DNA from: an uncultured Desulfurococcales archaeon
GTDB taxonomy: Archaea > Thermoproteota > Thermoprotei_A > Sulfolobales > Acidilobaceae
Assembly (NCBI GenBank): GCA_964451715.1
Contig: CAYVIZ010000001.1
Location: 3,830-67,829, forward strand
DNA length: 64,000 bases
Direction of reading: 5' to 3'
Part shown: positions 45,581 through 56,898 of the stretch, piece by piece
Position numbering within the stretch: position 1 is the stretch's first letter
Layout: each line of letters begins with the position of its first letter
The notes under the pieces: model-generated
What the model was told of the DNA's origin: nothing
Database searches by the model: none
What the model saw: the letters and a program-made list of their open reading frames with translations, nothing else
Program-made: the position numbers and the translations under genes

Positions 45581-46876
45581 TTGTCCGAGAAGTTCGATGC
45601 TGTCATAGTAGGGGGAGGACCTGCTGGTTTAAGCGCAGCGTACTTCCTGGCTAAGAAGGGCTTGGAAGCCGTTGTCGTCGAAAGAGGCGCTGAGACGGGT
45701 TCCAAAAACGTGTTCGGAGGCAGGATATATTCATACGTTCTGGATAAGCATATTCCAGGATGGCGTAAAGAAGCCCCCATAGAGCGTTGGGTGAGGAAGG
45801 AGAAACTAAGCCTCTCCTGCGGCGATTCCACTTTAACACTAGATTTTGACATACATAGAGGATACAGTGACGAGGAGTATGATAGTTTTACGGCGTTCCT
45901 CAGCAAGTTTGTTGCATGGCTTGCAGAGAAAGCCGAGGAGGAGGGCGCCTTAGTGCTTGCAGGGAGCAGGGTGGACGATGTCTTATTTAAGGAAGGCATA
46001 GCCAGCGGAGTGATTGCTGGAGGCGAGGAGCTAGAGGCGGACTATGTGGTTATCGCAGAGGGTGTAAACACTCTTCTAAGCGAGAAGCTGGGAATAAGGA
46101 AGGAACCCTCCCTTAATACCACGGCGCTCGGTGTTAAAGAAGTTATAAGACTGGGTAGAGACGAGATAAACAAGCGGTTTAACCTAGAGGATTGGGAGGG
46201 TGTAGCCCACTTCTTCATGGGAGGGCCGCTGCAAGGTATTGCCGGAGGAGGTTTCCTCTATACTATGGGTGAATACGTAACGCTAGGTGCTGTTGTAAGG
46301 TTGTCTGAAATAAGGAAGAAGAATATAATGATGAAAGATATTGCTGAGCTCATAAGACTACACCCCGCAGTTTATGAGTATGTTAAAGGAGGTGTTCTAA
46401 TGGAGTATTCAGCTCATCTTACTAGAGAGGGAGGACTTCTCGACGTAATGGATAAGCCTTATGGGCCTGGATATGTTGTTGTGGGTGATGCCGCGGGTTA
46501 CCTGTTAAACACAGGGTTCACCGTAAGGGGCGTCGATATGGCAATAGAATCCGGTAGACTTGCAGCTGAGGCTATAGCTAAAGCTAGCGAGGAAGGTAGA
46601 AGGGATGAGGAGGCCTTGTCATTGTATAAGAAACTGGTTGACGAGAGTGTTATAGGCCATAATCTTAGAGAGTTCAAGGATCTTCCCAAGCTCCTCGAGA
46701 AGGATATTCTTTATACGGCTTTGCCTAACGTGGCATGCGATGTTTTCAAGGCAGCGTATACTACTGAAGAAACTGTTCAAAGGCTGTATCCTACTATGAT
46801 GCATTCTCTTAAGAGGAATAACTTGGGTCTATTGACTCTACTTAAATTGTTCTTAGAGGCGAGGCGGTCGATATGA
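45581..46876 (+). CDS. fixC: FixC-like FAD-dependent ETF:quinone/ferredoxin oxidoreductase
   Basis: N-terminal FDAVIVGGGPAGLSAAYFLAKKG and overall FixC length. It overlaps fixX by 4 nt. Confidence 0.8.
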   Translation: MSEKFDAVIVGGGPAGLSAAYFLAKKGLEAVVVERGAETGSKNVFGGRIYSYVLDKHIPGWRKEAPIERWVRKEKLSLSCGDSTLTLDFDIHRGYSDEEYDSFTAFLSKFVAWLAEKAEEEGALVLAGSRVDDVLFKEGIASGVIAGGEELEADYVVIAEGVNTLLSEKLGIRKEPSLNTTALGVKEVIRLGRDEINKRFNLEDWEGVAHFFMGGPLQGIAGGGFLYTMGEYVTLGAVVRLSEIRKKNIMMKDIAELIRLHPAVYEYVKGGVLMEYSAHLTREGGLLDVMDKPYGPGYVVVGDAAGYLLNTGFTVRGVDMAIESGRLAAEAIAKASEEGRRDEEALSLYKKLVDESVIGHNLREFKDLPKLLEKDILYTALPNVACDVFKAAYTTEETVQRLYPTMMHSLKRNNLGLLTLLKLFLEARRSI

Positions 46877-47160
46877 GCGAGGAAAAACTCAGTGTTGAGA
46901 AGAGGCTCACCCACACAAAGTTCGAGATATACGAAAAACCCCATATAATAGTTGATACAACGAAATGTGAGACATGTACTGATAAGCCATGCATAAAGGC
47001 GTGTCCTGCCGGTTTATACACACTAGACGAGAACGGCAAACTGGTTTTCGTATATGAGGGTTGCTTGGAATGTGGTACATGCAGGCTGATATGCCCGTAC
47101 GAGGCAGTTTCATGGAGTTATCCTCCTGGAGGCTATGGTGTATGGTTTAAATTCGGTTGA
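46873..47160 (+). CDS. fixX: FixX ferredoxin-like protein
   Basis: 95 aa with the motifs CETCTDKPCIKACP and CLECGTCRLICP. Confidence 0.8.
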   Translation: MSEEKLSVEKRLTHTKFEIYEKPHIIVDTTKCETCTDKPCIKACPAGLYTLDENGKLVFVYEGCLECGTCRLICPYEAVSWSYPPGGYGVWFKFG

Positions 47161-47216
47161 CTAGAACACGTAAGCACAGACTATAAAAGGAGCCCGTATT
47201 AAGCCTTAAAGAGGGG

Positions 47217-47663
47217 ATTACAACGCATTCCATCAGGCTTGAAGGCATATCCTTTAGCTCAGCACACCTTACCAGTATAGAGGGGAAAAACTACGGTTTA
47301 CACGGCCACACCTTCAATGTTTCTATAGAATTGTATGGGCTACCTGTTAAGGACAGTTATACAATAGTTGATATCACGCATCTCAGATCGAGGGTTGTCT
47401 CTATAGTGAATGATCTCGATCACAAAGTTATCCTAGGAGAAGAACAGAAAAAGCTGGGCAAATATTTGGAGGATAAAGGGGTCGAGGTATTTTATATACC
47501 ATACCCCCAAGCTTCCATGGAAGCTCTATCCGAGTATATTGCATTAAAGTTATGGGAAATAGTTAGGGATTGGGAAAACGTTGATGGAATAAAGGTGTGT
47601 GTCTCTCAAGGTAGCTTCGAGTGGGCTTGCTTCGAAAAACGATCCAACCCCTCAGAGGAATAG
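47217..47663 (+). CDS. 6-pyruvoyl-tetrahydropterin synthase/QueD-family protein, with the start codon unresolved
   Basis: The ORF track begins at TTG 47331. The same frame is open from 47187 and encodes the family motif ISFSSAHL...GLHGHTFNVSIEL upstream of that codon. No ATG/GTG/TTG lies in frame within 47187-47330. The ATT at 47217 is only a placeholder start. Confidence 0.6.
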   Translation: MTTHSIRLEGISFSSAHLTSIEGKNYGLHGHTFNVSIELYGLPVKDSYTIVDITHLRSRVVSIVNDLDHKVILGEEQKKLGKYLEDKGVEVFYIPYPQASMEALSEYIALKLWEIVRDWENVDGIKVCVSQGSFEWACFEKRSNPSEE

Positions 47664-47668
47664 CATCC

Positions 47669-47902
47669 TTATCTCCTACCGAGCTTCCTAGCCTCCCTCT
47701 CTGTCTCCCTAAGCATTAAGATGTCTCCTATCCTCACCGGTCCTAGTACGTTCCTTGTTATTATTCTACCCTTATCTCTACCCTCTAAGACTCTTACATG
47801 CACTTGTGTAACCTCTCCCGATACACCTGTCCTGCCTATGATCTGGATAACTTCGGCTGGGTATCCTAGCTCCTCTGTTATACTAGTACCTTTCTCGCTC
47901 AA
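47669..47902 (-). CDS. rps28e: 30S ribosomal protein S28e
   Basis: The sequence [54 protein letters not shown] is characteristic of S28e. Confidence 0.9.
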   Translation of the reverse strand: MSEKGTSITEELGYPAEVIQIIGRTGVSGEVTQVHVRVLEGRDKGRIITRNVLGPVRIGDILMLRETEREARKLGRR

Positions 47903-48020
47903 GTCTTTTTCACCCGTCTAGGCTTCTTTTACAAGGAATAGGATTTAGAGGGGATAAAAACTTATTTAAACTATGTACATCGATTACCCCCATAACAGTG
48001 AGTATACAGGGTGATAGGTA

Positions 48021-48203
48021 TTGCCTAAAGAGCAGGTATGCGCGTTTTGCGGTAAAACCATCGAGCCAGGCACCGGAGTTATGTATGTTACCAAGAGAGG
48101 GAATATACTCTGGTTCTGCTCTAGCAAGTGTATGAAGAACTACCTGGTGTTAAGACGGAACCCGAGGAAGTTGAAGTGGACAAAAAGTTACGGGATAAGA
48201 TAG
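48021..48203 (+). CDS. rpl24e: 50S ribosomal protein L24e
   Basis: The sequence [31 protein letters not shown] is characteristic of L24e. TTG start. Confidence 0.85.
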   Translation: MPKEQVCAFCGKTIEPGTGVMYVTKRGNILWFCSSKCMKNYLVLRRNPRKLKWTKSYGIR

Positions 48204-48235
48204 GCTTTATACTTTAAATTAATTGGGGTGATGTT

Positions 48236-48658
48236 TTGATGGCTGTAGAGAAGACTTTTGTGATGATAAAACCAGATGGAGTAAAAAGAGGACTAATAGG
48301 CGAGGTCATATCCCGCTTCGAGAGGAAGGGGTTCATCATAAAAGCGTTAAAGATGGTTAAACTGGATAAAGAGAAGGCGGAACAGCTTTACAGTGTTCAC
48401 AGGGATAAACCCTTCTTTAACGAGTTAGTAGAGTTCGTCACCAGCGGGCCTGTCGTGGCCATGGTTCTAGAAGGCGAGAGCGCTATCAGTGTAGTTAGAA
48501 CGATGATAGGATCTACAGATGGGCGCAAGGCTGCGCCTGGCACTATTAGAGGGGACTATGCTTTGGACATACAAGAGAATGTTGTACATGCGTCAGATTC
48601 TGGAGAAAGCTTTGAAAGAGAGTACAGGGTGTTCTTCTCCCCCGAAGAGATAGCCTGA
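48236..48658 (+). CDS. ndk: nucleoside diphosphate kinase
   Basis: Motifs [26 protein letters not shown] and NVVHASDS. Confidence 0.9.
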   Translation: MMAVEKTFVMIKPDGVKRGLIGEVISRFERKGFIIKALKMVKLDKEKAEQLYSVHRDKPFFNELVEFVTSGPVVAMVLEGESAISVVRTMIGSTDGRKAAPGTIRGDYALDIQENVVHASDSGESFEREYRVFFSPEEIA

Positions 48659-48659
48659 A

Positions 48660-50495
48660 CTATTTTTCAATTATTTTCTGCAAACGTTTACCGAGAATCC
48701 TGTATAGCGGATCTGCATTCTTCTTTATCTCAAGGATCTCGGCAAGAATCATCAGTTCGTCCCTAGATAAATCCCTACTATAATTCTCTATTATCTCTCT
48801 TGCATGCTCAGCAGGTACATCTGTGTATAGTACATCGCCTTCGAAGACATGTCTCCCCACCATTGATTTACCTTTAATAGAAACGGCTACAGCCATGCCC
48901 ATAGTTGCTTCTTGTAGAGCCTCGTCCCTATCGCGTATACCGGAAATCTCCCCTATGACCCTGCCATCCTTTCTTATGAGTTTGTATCCAGGCCTTATTC
49001 GGCCTCCTAGCACTTCGACACCCACGATTATGGGATCGCTTCTTCTGAAGACGTGTTCGGGGAGTATCCTTATCTTGCCGGGTAGAACGAGTTTATTGAG
49101 TTTCTCCATCCTCTCCCTTTCCTTCTCTTCCTTGACCCATTCCTCATAGGATTCAAGCAGCCTGTAGATGACGCTGTCGGCGAATATTCTTATCCCCTGC
49201 TTCTTAGCCTCTTCCTCCGCCTCGGGCGTGATTTTAACGTTAAACGCCAGTATAACTCCTAGATAGCGGTCATGCTTCTTAGTGATGGAGGCGTCTATAA
49301 CATCGTTCCTAGTCACGTTCCCTATCCCAGCCGCTCTCACAGGGACACCTGACTTTTTAAGAGCATGTGTTAATGCTTCGAGAGTGCCCAGAGTATCGGC
49401 TTTAACTATGACTCCTTCCTTGTCTGTTTTAACTATAACACTCTCAATATCCTTTTGGACTTCCCTCCCCAGTCTCTCAGCCTCTTCCTCGTTTTCCGCT
49501 GCAAGTAGCGGTGCACCGGCGAGAGCCTCCTCTACCCCGGGAGCAGCCACTTTGACTCCCGCGGCTGCAGCGACTTCTTCAACATAAATGAATTTGCCTT
49601 CATGGCTTCTTATCTCCTGTAACGGTCTAGGCATTAGTAATGCTTTTACCCTAGTCACTATAGGCCCGTTGAGACCGGCTGTAACTATTATATCCCCCTT
49701 TCTTAGTATTCCGTCATATATTATTACATCGAGTGTAACACCTAGCCCTGCTTCCTCCTTCACTTCTAACACTACTCCTTTAGCGGGTCCCTCCACGTAA
49801 ACCAGTTTGTTGGCTAGATACTGTTGTATGAGTCCGGCGAGAACGGTGAGAAGCTCTGGTATTCCCTCCCCGGTACGGGCCGATACAGGTACTATGGCGA
49901 AGGTTTTCGTGAAATCCTTTATCCTAAGGAATAAATCAGCTGGTAGCCCTAGATCATACATTTGCCCTATTATCTCATATACACGGTTTTCTAGAAGCGT
50001 CTTGACTTCGGGTTTCTGCATCCTATAAGATTGAATGAAAGGCGAATCCGGATAGGAGTTCCATCCCGGTATGCGGTCTATTTTATTGGCGGCAATTATG
50101 AATGGAACCTTTCTTTGCCTCAGTATCTCTATAGCTTCATATGTCTGGTTTTTGAAGCCCTCCATTACGTCAACAACTAGTATGGCAAAATCGGCCACAC
50201 TACCTCCACGTTTTCTGAGATTTGTGAATAACTCGTGTCCAGGCGTGTCAATAAACAATAACCCAGGTATTTTTAGTTTGACTGGTATGATTTCCTTAAG
50301 TGGTTCAGCGATTTTCTCGATTACTTCAGCAGGAACAATGCTTGCTCCTACATGCTGGGTTATTCCACCGGCCTCCTTCACCGCTACAGCTGTCCCCCTT
50401 ATCTTGTCAAGCAACGTTGTTTTACCGTGGTCCACATGGCCTAGCACAGTTACTATGGGCTGTCTTAACCTCTTCTCTTTACCGCTAGCCATCAC
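48660..50495 (-). CDS. infB: translation initiation factor aIF5B (IF2 homolog)
   Basis: G-domain motifs [17 protein letters not shown] and NKID, in a four-domain protein of 611 aa. Confidence 0.9.
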   Translation of the reverse strand: MMASGKEKRLRQPIVTVLGHVDHGKTTLLDKIRGTAVAVKEAGGITQHVGASIVPAEVIEKIAEPLKEIIPVKLKIPGLLFIDTPGHELFTNLRKRGGSVADFAILVVDVMEGFKNQTYEAIEILRQRKVPFIIAANKIDRIPGWNSYPDSPFIQSYRMQKPEVKTLLENRVYEIIGQMYDLGLPADLFLRIKDFTKTFAIVPVSARTGEGIPELLTVLAGLIQQYLANKLVYVEGPAKGVVLEVKEEAGLGVTLDVIIYDGILRKGDIIVTAGLNGPIVTRVKALLMPRPLQEIRSHEGKFIYVEEVAAAAGVKVAAPGVEEALAGAPLLAAENEEEAERLGREVQKDIESVIVKTDKEGVIVKADTLGTLEALTHALKKSGVPVRAAGIGNVTRNDVIDASITKKHDRYLGVILAFNVKITPEAEEEAKKQGIRIFADSVIYRLLESYEEWVKEEKERERMEKLNKLVLPGKIRILPEHVFRRSDPIIVGVEVLGGRIRPGYKLIRKDGRVIGEISGIRDRDEALQEATMGMAVAVSIKGKSMVGRHVFEGDVLYTDVPAEHAREIIENYSRDLSRDELMILAEILEIKKNADPLYRILGKRLQKIIEK

Positions 50496-50617
50496 CCAAT
50501 CCCTCGCTACACATCATGTCAGAGGAAAAGCATTATATATGATCCATTTCAACGCCTACAGAAGTGCTGGCCCCCGCTGCTCTGCTCTCGGTGGGGACCG
50601 GCGGGGTGTGAGAAGAA

Positions 50618-51316
50618 ATGAGCTATATGGAAAGACCCCCACTCAGGGTTGTAATATCTGATCCGAAGGCTGGCGAGAAAATAGTAAACGTTAAAGTAAA
50701 GGGATCGGATGATAGCGCACTCGAGCTAAAGCCTTCAATGGTTAAAAAGAAAGATCAGGAGCGAACAGAGCTTCCATTAGCTTTTGTAAGCAAGAAGATA
50801 TATGATGAACTAATGCTTGGAGAAGTAGGAGTGCTTACATTGAGATTCAGAAAAGACGACAAAAAGATTAACATCCCCCTCAAGGTTGTTCTAAAAGAGG
50901 ATTTGCCTGAAGACGAGGTTCATGTAAACATAGAACTCTTAGGAGAGTTAGTCGGTGAAATGGAAGCCGAGGCCGAAGCTTTCAGAGCGAAGGCTTGGCA
51001 AATAGCTGTTCCTGAGGATGTGGCCATAAAGCTGGCCGGCCTCAAAATAAAGGATGAGTTCGACGGGGGCCTAGTAGGTCTACCCGGCAAGAGGCTCGTA
51101 ATAACTGGAGGCACGGATGCGACAGGTATACCCATGCGTCCAGATCTACCGGGTGCGACGAGGAAAAGGATACTATTATCCGGGCCTCCCGCGTTTAGGC
51201 CGAAGGAGAAGGGAGAGAGGAGGAGAAAACTAGTCAGAGGTAAAGTAGTCCCCGACCCTCGAGGCGAGAGAAGAAAAACAGCGTTAGCCCAGCTTAACGT
51301 TAAGATAAAATACTAA
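50618..51316 (+). CDS. rps6e: 30S ribosomal protein S6e
   Basis: The sequence [32 protein letters not shown] and a basic C-terminus. Confidence 0.85.
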   Translation: MSYMERPPLRVVISDPKAGEKIVNVKVKGSDDSALELKPSMVKKKDQERTELPLAFVSKKIYDELMLGEVGVLTLRFRKDDKKINIPLKVVLKEDLPEDEVHVNIELLGELVGEMEAEAEAFRAKAWQIAVPEDVAIKLAGLKIKDEFDGGLVGLPGKRLVITGGTDATGIPMRPDLPGATRKRILLSGPPAFRPKEKGERRRKLVRGKVVPDPRGERRKTALAQLNVKIKY

Positions 51317-51403
51317 TTCCCCCGTTCTTTTACGGCTTCCTTCTATACCGCTATTCTTCAATATAATGCTTAATACCCTGACAACGGACCATTAGTTGAA
51401 TAC

Positions 51404-52654
51404 ATGGTGTGTATTGTGGCGGAGAAAAGACAACCTGAAGTGAACATTGGAGTGGTAGGCCATGTGGACCACGGTAAAACGACTCTTGTCCAGGCACTAA
51501 CGGGTGTCTGGACTTCCCGTCATAGCGAAGAGCTCAAAAGAGGTATGACCATCAAGCTAGGATACGCGGATGGAGATATATACCTGTGTGAAAAGTGCGG
51601 GGAACCAGAAGGTTATACCCCCGAGCCTAAATGTCCTTGCAGTGAAGGCGAGCCTAAACTGCTTAGGAGGGTTTCCTATGTAGATGCCCCTGGCCACGAG
51701 ATATTAATGGCGACAATGCTCTCTGGTGCAGCATTAATGGATGGCGCGATGCTTGTGATAGCCGCTAACGAGAAGTGTCCCCAGCCGCAGACATACGAGC
51801 ATTTCATGGCCCTAGATATAATTGGTGTACGTAACCTAGTAGTTGTTCAAAATAAAGTTGACGCTGTATCCCCGGAGAGGGCTAGAGAAAACTATGAGGA
51901 GATAAGGGAGTTCCTGAGGGGGACATGGGCTGAGAACGTTCCCATAATACCTGTAAGCGCTTTGCATAAGATAAACATAGATGTCCTCCTGATGGCCTTA
52001 GAGAAATACATACCAACAAAGCCTAAAGCACTCGATAAGGACCCGCTTATGTTTATTGCAAGAAGCTTCGACGTTAACAAACCCGGTACTCCTCCTGAGA
52101 GGCTTATGGGAGGCGTTATAGGTGGCAGCATTATCCAAGGAGTTTTCAGGGTAGGCGATGAAATAGAGATAAAGCCAGGCATAAGGATCTCTAAGCCGGG
52201 AGGGAAAACGGTTTATGAACCCATCACAACTACGATAGAAAGCCTCAAATTCGGCAGTCTATCCGTAGAAGAAGCCAAGCCCGGTGGGCTTGTAGCCATA
52301 GGAACAAAGCTAGACCCCTCAGTTACCAAGGCCGATAATCTCGTTGGGAACGCCATAGGAAAGCCTGGAACACTTCCGCCAGTCTATAATGCCCTAAGAA
52401 TAGAGTATCACCTGCTCGAAAGAGTAGTTGGGCTGAAGGAACTTGTGAGAGTGGATAAGATAAATGCTAGGGAGCCTCTTATGCTTACAGTAGGCACTGC
52501 TATAACGCTAGGTGTCACCACCAAGGTCGGCCAAGACGAGCTGGAGATAGTTCTCAAGAGACCAGTAATAGGGTGGCCAGGAGCTAGAGTCGCTATAAGC
52601 AAGCAGATCCATGGCAGATGGAGACTAGTCGGATGGGGTATAATAAAGGACTGA
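51404..52654 (+). CDS. eif2g: translation initiation factor aIF2, gamma subunit
   Basis: Motifs [10 protein letters not shown], a zinc knuckle (CEKCG...CPC), DAPGHE and QNKVD. Confidence 0.9.
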   Translation: MVCIVAEKRQPEVNIGVVGHVDHGKTTLVQALTGVWTSRHSEELKRGMTIKLGYADGDIYLCEKCGEPEGYTPEPKCPCSEGEPKLLRRVSYVDAPGHEILMATMLSGAALMDGAMLVIAANEKCPQPQTYEHFMALDIIGVRNLVVVQNKVDAVSPERARENYEEIREFLRGTWAENVPIIPVSALHKINIDVLLMALEKYIPTKPKALDKDPLMFIARSFDVNKPGTPPERLMGGVIGGSIIQGVFRVGDEIEIKPGIRISKPGGKTVYEPITTTIESLKFGSLSVEEAKPGGLVAIGTKLDPSVTKADNLVGNAIGKPGTLPPVYNALRIEYHLLERVVGLKELVRVDKINAREPLMLTVGTAITLGVTTKVGQDELEIVLKRPVIGWPGARVAISKQIHGRWRLVGWGIIKD

Positions 52655-52661
52655 GTGAGAG

Positions 52662-53141
52662 TTGATCAGAGAAGTAACACTAGAAGAACTAGTTTCCCAG
52701 GCTTCCCGCCGCAGCGATCTCCTACTATTCTTAGATACAAGCGCGCTTCTCGCAATAGGATCCGGCAGGCCTTCGCTCGAGAACCTGCTTGAAACCGCTG
52801 AGTTTAAAGGGATAATAGTGATCACTGACTCTGTTAAAAGGGAATTAGAACAACTCCTTCAGGCAAGGGGGTCGTCTAATTCGATTAAAGCTAAAGTAGC
52901 CCTGAGCCTATTAGAGTCTTCGGAAACCGTATTCTACTTAGTTAAACCAAGTAACACGCATTATTCTAGTGCTGATGATGAAATCTATATGAAAGCACTC
53001 AACCTAGCTCGTAGAGGATACAGGATCGCAGTGGCAACACTTGATAAAGGACTACGTAGGAGACTCCGGCAATCAGGTATTGCAGCCATATTCCTTAGAA
53101 GAAGCGAGAATAGGTTTGAGCTGGAGGGATACGTTGAATAG
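52662..53141 (+). CDS. PIN-domain protein (Fcf1/Utp24-like, conserved next to aIF2-gamma)
   Basis: Acidic PIN residues sit in FLDTSALL, ITDSVKRELE, SADDEI and VATLDKGL. TTG start. Confidence 0.6.
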   Translation: MIREVTLEELVSQASRRSDLLLFLDTSALLAIGSGRPSLENLLETAEFKGIIVITDSVKRELEQLLQARGSSNSIKAKVALSLLESSETVFYLVKPSNTHYSSADDEIYMKALNLARRGYRIAVATLDKGLRRRLRQSGIAAIFLRRSENRFELEGYVE

Positions 53142-53206
53142 AAACATTTTTGTGCTTTTAAATACCCCATAGCCTAAAGAGGTTTAGTTCACGGGGATGT
53201 AATGTA

Positions 53207-53773
53207 ATGTACTACGTTGCACGTATAAGGAAGATGCTAAAAATACCTCCCAACATGATATTTGAAGACAGGAGTATAAAGGAAATAGCGTTAGAGCTTC
53301 TCCGTAAGGATTTCGTGGAAGGGCTTGAGGGTCGTAATGATGAAGATCTAGGAATTATTTTAGCTGTAGACAACCTGGAGGTCCTGTCGAAGGGTATAAT
53401 AATTCCTGGCGACCCGCGCCTCTACGTGGAGGTAGAATTCGACGCGCTTACATACAAGCCTGTACCCAACGAGGTTGTGAAAGGCAGGGTAGTAGATGTT
53501 AAGAACTTTGGCCTCTTCGTCAATATAGGCCCCGTCGAGGGGTTGGTTCATAAGACTCAGATTATGGATGAACCCGTTAAATTCGACCCTTCCAGAGGAG
53601 CCTTCATAGGAGTGAAAAGCAACCGTATAATAGAGCTTGGCGATATTGTGAGGGCCCGAGTCGCGCAGGTATCCACGAAAGGCGGATGGTTGAAAGTAGG
53701 GCTTACTATGAGACAGCCTTTCCTAGGTAAGGAGGAGTGGATAGAAAGCGAGAGAGAGAAGGTGAGCTCATAA
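53207..53773 (+). CDS. rpoE: DNA-directed RNA polymerase subunit E' (Rpo7)
   Basis: N-terminal Rpb7-like domain plus an S1 domain (VVKGRVVDVKNFGLFVNIGPVEGLVH). Confidence 0.8.
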   Translation: MYYVARIRKMLKIPPNMIFEDRSIKEIALELLRKDFVEGLEGRNDEDLGIILAVDNLEVLSKGIIIPGDPRLYVEVEFDALTYKPVPNEVVKGRVVDVKNFGLFVNIGPVEGLVHKTQIMDEPVKFDPSRGAFIGVKSNRIIELGDIVRARVAQVSTKGGWLKVGLTMRQPFLGKEEWIESEREKVSS

Positions 53774-54009
53774 TGGGTTATAGGAGAACTAGGCGTCCCA
53801 TTTTTAAGGCCTGCAAGAAATGTGGAGGCCTAGTAGATTTAGACGCTAAGAGTTGTCCTTATTGCGGGTCTTCATCATTTACAGAGGACTGGGAGGGGAT
53901 GATAATAATTGTAGATCCGAACAAGTCTAAGGTAGCCCAACTCATAAACAGGAGCGACAAACCCGGCATCTATGCTATAAAAGTAGGGGGAAAGGTGGTT
54001 CTTAAGTAG
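53773..54009 (+). CDS. spt4: transcription elongation factor Spt4 (RpoE'')
   Basis: The sequence FKACKKCGGLVDLDAKSCPYCGSSSFTEDWEGMIIIVDP matches Spt4. The start ATG at 53773 overlaps the rpoE' stop (TAATG). The ORF-track start at 53737 is probably too early. Confidence 0.75.
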   Translation: MGYRRTRRPIFKACKKCGGLVDLDAKSCPYCGSSSFTEDWEGMIIIVDPNKSKVAQLINRSDKPGIYAIKVGGKVVLK

Positions 54010-54011
54010 CT

Positions 54012-54560
54012 ATGAAATGCCTTGGGATAACTTCTAGAGATGTAAGAATGGACTTCTCTATTCCTAGAGGAATAATCGTATCGCAACAAATAGACGACTG
54101 GGTAAAGGGGAATCTAAAGGGAAGACACGTTATTAGTGTAGGAGACGTTGTAACAGAAACGCTGGTAAGGAACAATATAAAGCCCATTGTTGCAGTGGTC
54201 GACTATAAAACTAGGCGGGCTTTAATCCTGCCGGAATATAAAGCCCATTTAAACGAGTATGAGTATATTAATGTTAGAAACCCTCCTGGAACCATATCTC
54301 TTGAGGCTATACATATACTGTGCAACATATTATCCTCCATACAAGGCGATAGACGTGTCGTTGTAGAGGTTGAAGGAGAAGAGGATATGCTTGCATTGCC
54401 TATAATTTCCTGCGCACCCTTATGCTCCATAGTGGTCTACGGCGTTCCCGATGTAGGTATAGCAGCAGTCCACGTAACTGAGGAGACTCGTTACATTGCA
54501 AGCCAAAGGATAACGTATCTAGAGCCCGTAGATTGCAGTGATTCTATTTCCTCAGTATAA
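54012..54560 (+). CDS. DUF359-family protein (archaeal GTP-dependent dephospho-CoA kinase family)
   Basis: Motifs VGDVVTETL and VVDYKTRR, in the conserved position between spt4 and rps24e. Confidence 0.55.
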   Translation: MKCLGITSRDVRMDFSIPRGIIVSQQIDDWVKGNLKGRHVISVGDVVTETLVRNNIKPIVAVVDYKTRRALILPEYKAHLNEYEYINVRNPPGTISLEAIHILCNILSSIQGDRRVVVEVEGEEDMLALPIISCAPLCSIVVYGVPDVGIAAVHVTEETRYIASQRITYLEPVDCSDSISSV

Positions 54561-54655
54561 ATAATATGAGCCTATAGGTTGTAACACATATATAAGGCAT
54601 TTGTGGATGCCTAGATAATACTGATGTAGTGCGGCGGAGTCTAAGGTGATAGGGT

Positions 54656-54994
54656 TTGAGTGAGCAGGTTGGAAAGCAGATACAGCTAGGAGAGGGGGTC
54701 ACGGCCAACGTTGTCAAAGAAGTGTATAACCCATTAATAGGTAAAAAGAAGTTATACCTAGTCGTAAACCATCCAGGCCAAGGAACCCCTATGAGATTCT
54801 CCATAAGGATGGCCGTGGCCGAGGCTTATTCCGTGGACATGAAGCGTGTTTATGTAAAGTCTATACGAACAGAGTACGGGAAAACAGAGTCACATGTTAT
54901 TGTAAATATTTACGATACAGTGGAAAGGGCCCTGAAGTTTGAATCTAAACATATAATAGACAGGAATGGTGGCTTAGAAGGATTTGAAGAATAA
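54656..54994 (+). CDS. rps24e: 30S ribosomal protein S24e
   Basis: The sequence [34 protein letters not shown] matches S24e. TTG start 8 nt after an AAGGTGAT SD motif. Confidence 0.85.
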   Translation: MSEQVGKQIQLGEGVTANVVKEVYNPLIGKKKLYLVVNHPGQGTPMRFSIRMAVAEAYSVDMKRVYVKSIRTEYGKTESHVIVNIYDTVERALKFESKHIIDRNGGLEGFEE

Positions 54995-55014
54995 GGGAGG
55001 AGAGGTGTGGAGCT

Positions 55015-55197
55015 GTGTCATGGGTTCACAAGCTTTACGAGTACGACTACGATAAGGGCACTATAAAACTAAAGAATAAGAAGTGCCCTCGCTGTGGAAG
55101 CATAATGGGATACCATAAGAAGCCTGTCGAGAGGTGGCATTGTGGTAAATGCGGATATACTGAATTTGTACAGTCTTCCACTAGATCTAGAAGATGA
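55015..55197 (+). CDS. rps27ae: 30S ribosomal protein S27ae
   Basis: Zinc ribbon [30 protein letters not shown] start. Confidence 0.8.
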   Translation: MSWVHKLYEYDYDKGTIKLKNKKCPRCGSIMGYHKKPVERWHCGKCGYTEFVQSSTRSRR

Positions 55198-56200
55198 AAG
55201 GCTTGTAATAGGCATAGAGTCTACTGCACACACACTTGGAATAGGGATAATCTCTTTCCCCCCCTTCCGAGTGCTTGCTGATGTAAGATACAAGTATAGA
55301 CCCGAGAAAGGAGGTCTCCATCCTAGATTTGTCGCTGAGTACATGATCTCCAACACAGATAAAGCTTTATCTGAAGCATTTACTGAATCAGGTATAAATC
55401 CCCGTGACCTAGACGCTGTCGCTGTTGCGCTTGGGCCAGGCATGGGGCCCGTTCTAAGAGTAGGAGCCACACTGGCCCGTTCTTTAGCGTTGGCTCTAGG
55501 CAAGCCTCTTGTACCGGTAAACCACGCGGTGGCACATATAGAGATAGGAAGGCTCGAATGTTATATGGGAGATCCATTAATAGTTTATGTCTCAGGAGGG
55601 AACACGCAACTACTGGTTTACAGGATGAAGAGATATAGGGTACTAGGTGAGACTCTTGATATACCATTAGGCAATCTATTAGATGTTTTTTCCAGGGAAA
55701 CAGGTATAGCGCCTCCCTATATAGTAAAGGGTATGCACGCCGTAGATGTTTGTGCCGAGGAAGGCGATTACGTCAAGGGTCTCCCATACACTGTAAAGGG
55801 GCAGGACGTATCGTTCTCAGGATTGCTAACCGCGGCATTAAGGATGGTTGAAGCAGGTAAAGCGGAACTCAAAGACGTATGTTTCACACTCAGAGAGATA
55901 GCCTTTACACAGCTAATCGAGGCGAGCGAGAGAGCTTTAAGCTCCTCATCCAAGAGTTCCCTACTGCTTGTCGGCGGGGTTGCCGCTAGTGATTTCTTAC
56001 ACAAGAAATACTCGTTATTGTCTCGCGAAAAAAGCATCAGGTATTGCAGGGTTCAAAAGAGGTATGCCGGAGACAATGGTGTGATGATTGCTTGGACGGG
56101 TTTGCTCGGTCTTCTGCATGGTATGGTATTGAAACCTGAAAACGCTGTAGTAGAGCAGAGGTGGAGAGTTGACAGGGTAGATATACCATGGATGCCTTAG
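55142..56200 (+). CDS. kae1: tRNA N6-adenosine threonylcarbamoyltransferase Kae1
   Basis: Motifs [24 protein letters not shown] and GDNGVMIA. The start is ATG 55142 or TTG 55166, both inside rps27ae. Confidence 0.85.
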   Translation: MVNADILNLYSLPLDLEDERLVIGIESTAHTLGIGIISFPPFRVLADVRYKYRPEKGGLHPRFVAEYMISNTDKALSEAFTESGINPRDLDAVAVALGPGMGPVLRVGATLARSLALALGKPLVPVNHAVAHIEIGRLECYMGDPLIVYVSGGNTQLLVYRMKRYRVLGETLDIPLGNLLDVFSRETGIAPPYIVKGMHAVDVCAEEGDYVKGLPYTVKGQDVSFSGLLTAALRMVEAGKAELKDVCFTLREIAFTQLIEASERALSSSSKSSLLLVGGVAASDFLHKKYSLLSREKSIRYCRVQKRYAGDNGVMIAWTGLLGLLHGMVLKPENAVVEQRWRVDRVDIPWMP

Positions 56201-56898
56201 ATCTATTGTACTCAGCGTTGTCTAGAGGAAAAATTATCTACATAGGCGCTGAATCTATAGTTTATTTATCAAAACTGTTTAACCGGAATGTCATCGTAAA
56301 ACGACGTATAAGAAAAACATATGTTCATCCCAGTTTAATGGATGAACTTATATACCAGCGTACAAGGAAGGAATCCCGTGCTCTTGTTAAATCACTGGAG
56401 AATAACATATGTGTACCCAAGCCCTTGTTCGTCCTCCTGTCTAAGGGCGTTATTATAATGGAGTACTTGCGAGGTCGGCGATTGTACGAAGTCCTCGAAG
56501 AGCTCGAAACCAATAGTAACCCGGGGTTTTCGTTTGCAGAGAACCTGTTTTGCAGTATAGGAAGCCTTCTAGGAGGCCTTCACTCTCTAGGAATAGTACA
56601 TGGGGATTTTTCCGCGGGTAACATAATACTAGGGGATAAGGGGCCGTGTATTATAGACTTCGGGCTCAGCGATTTCAGGGAAGACGCCGAGTCCAGAGCC
56701 CTTGATCTCCATGTTTTAAATAGATCCCTCAACGCTTTATACCCTAGTATAACGAAAATGTTCTGGGATAAACTAGTGCAGTGTTATTTAGAGAAAATAA
56801 GAGACTATAGGGTCTTAGGTAAACTGGAAGATATGATGCTTAGGGGTAGGTATGTTGAGGAAAGACGCTATAAGAATGGCTTTTATAACAAGCAATAA
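56188..56898 (+). CDS. bud32: Bud32/PRPK atypical kinase (KEOPS subunit)
   Basis: Motifs [23 protein letters not shown] and IIDFGLS. It overlaps kae1 by 13 nt. Confidence 0.8.
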   Translation: MDALDLLYSALSRGKIIYIGAESIVYLSKLFNRNVIVKRRIRKTYVHPSLMDELIYQRTRKESRALVKSLENNICVPKPLFVLLSKGVIIMEYLRGRRLYEVLEELETNSNPGFSFAENLFCSIGSLLGGLHSLGIVHGDFSAGNIILGDKGPCIIDFGLSDFREDAESRALDLHVLNRSLNALYPSITKMFWDKLVQCYLEKIRDYRVLGKLEDMMLRGRYVEERRYKNGFYNKQ

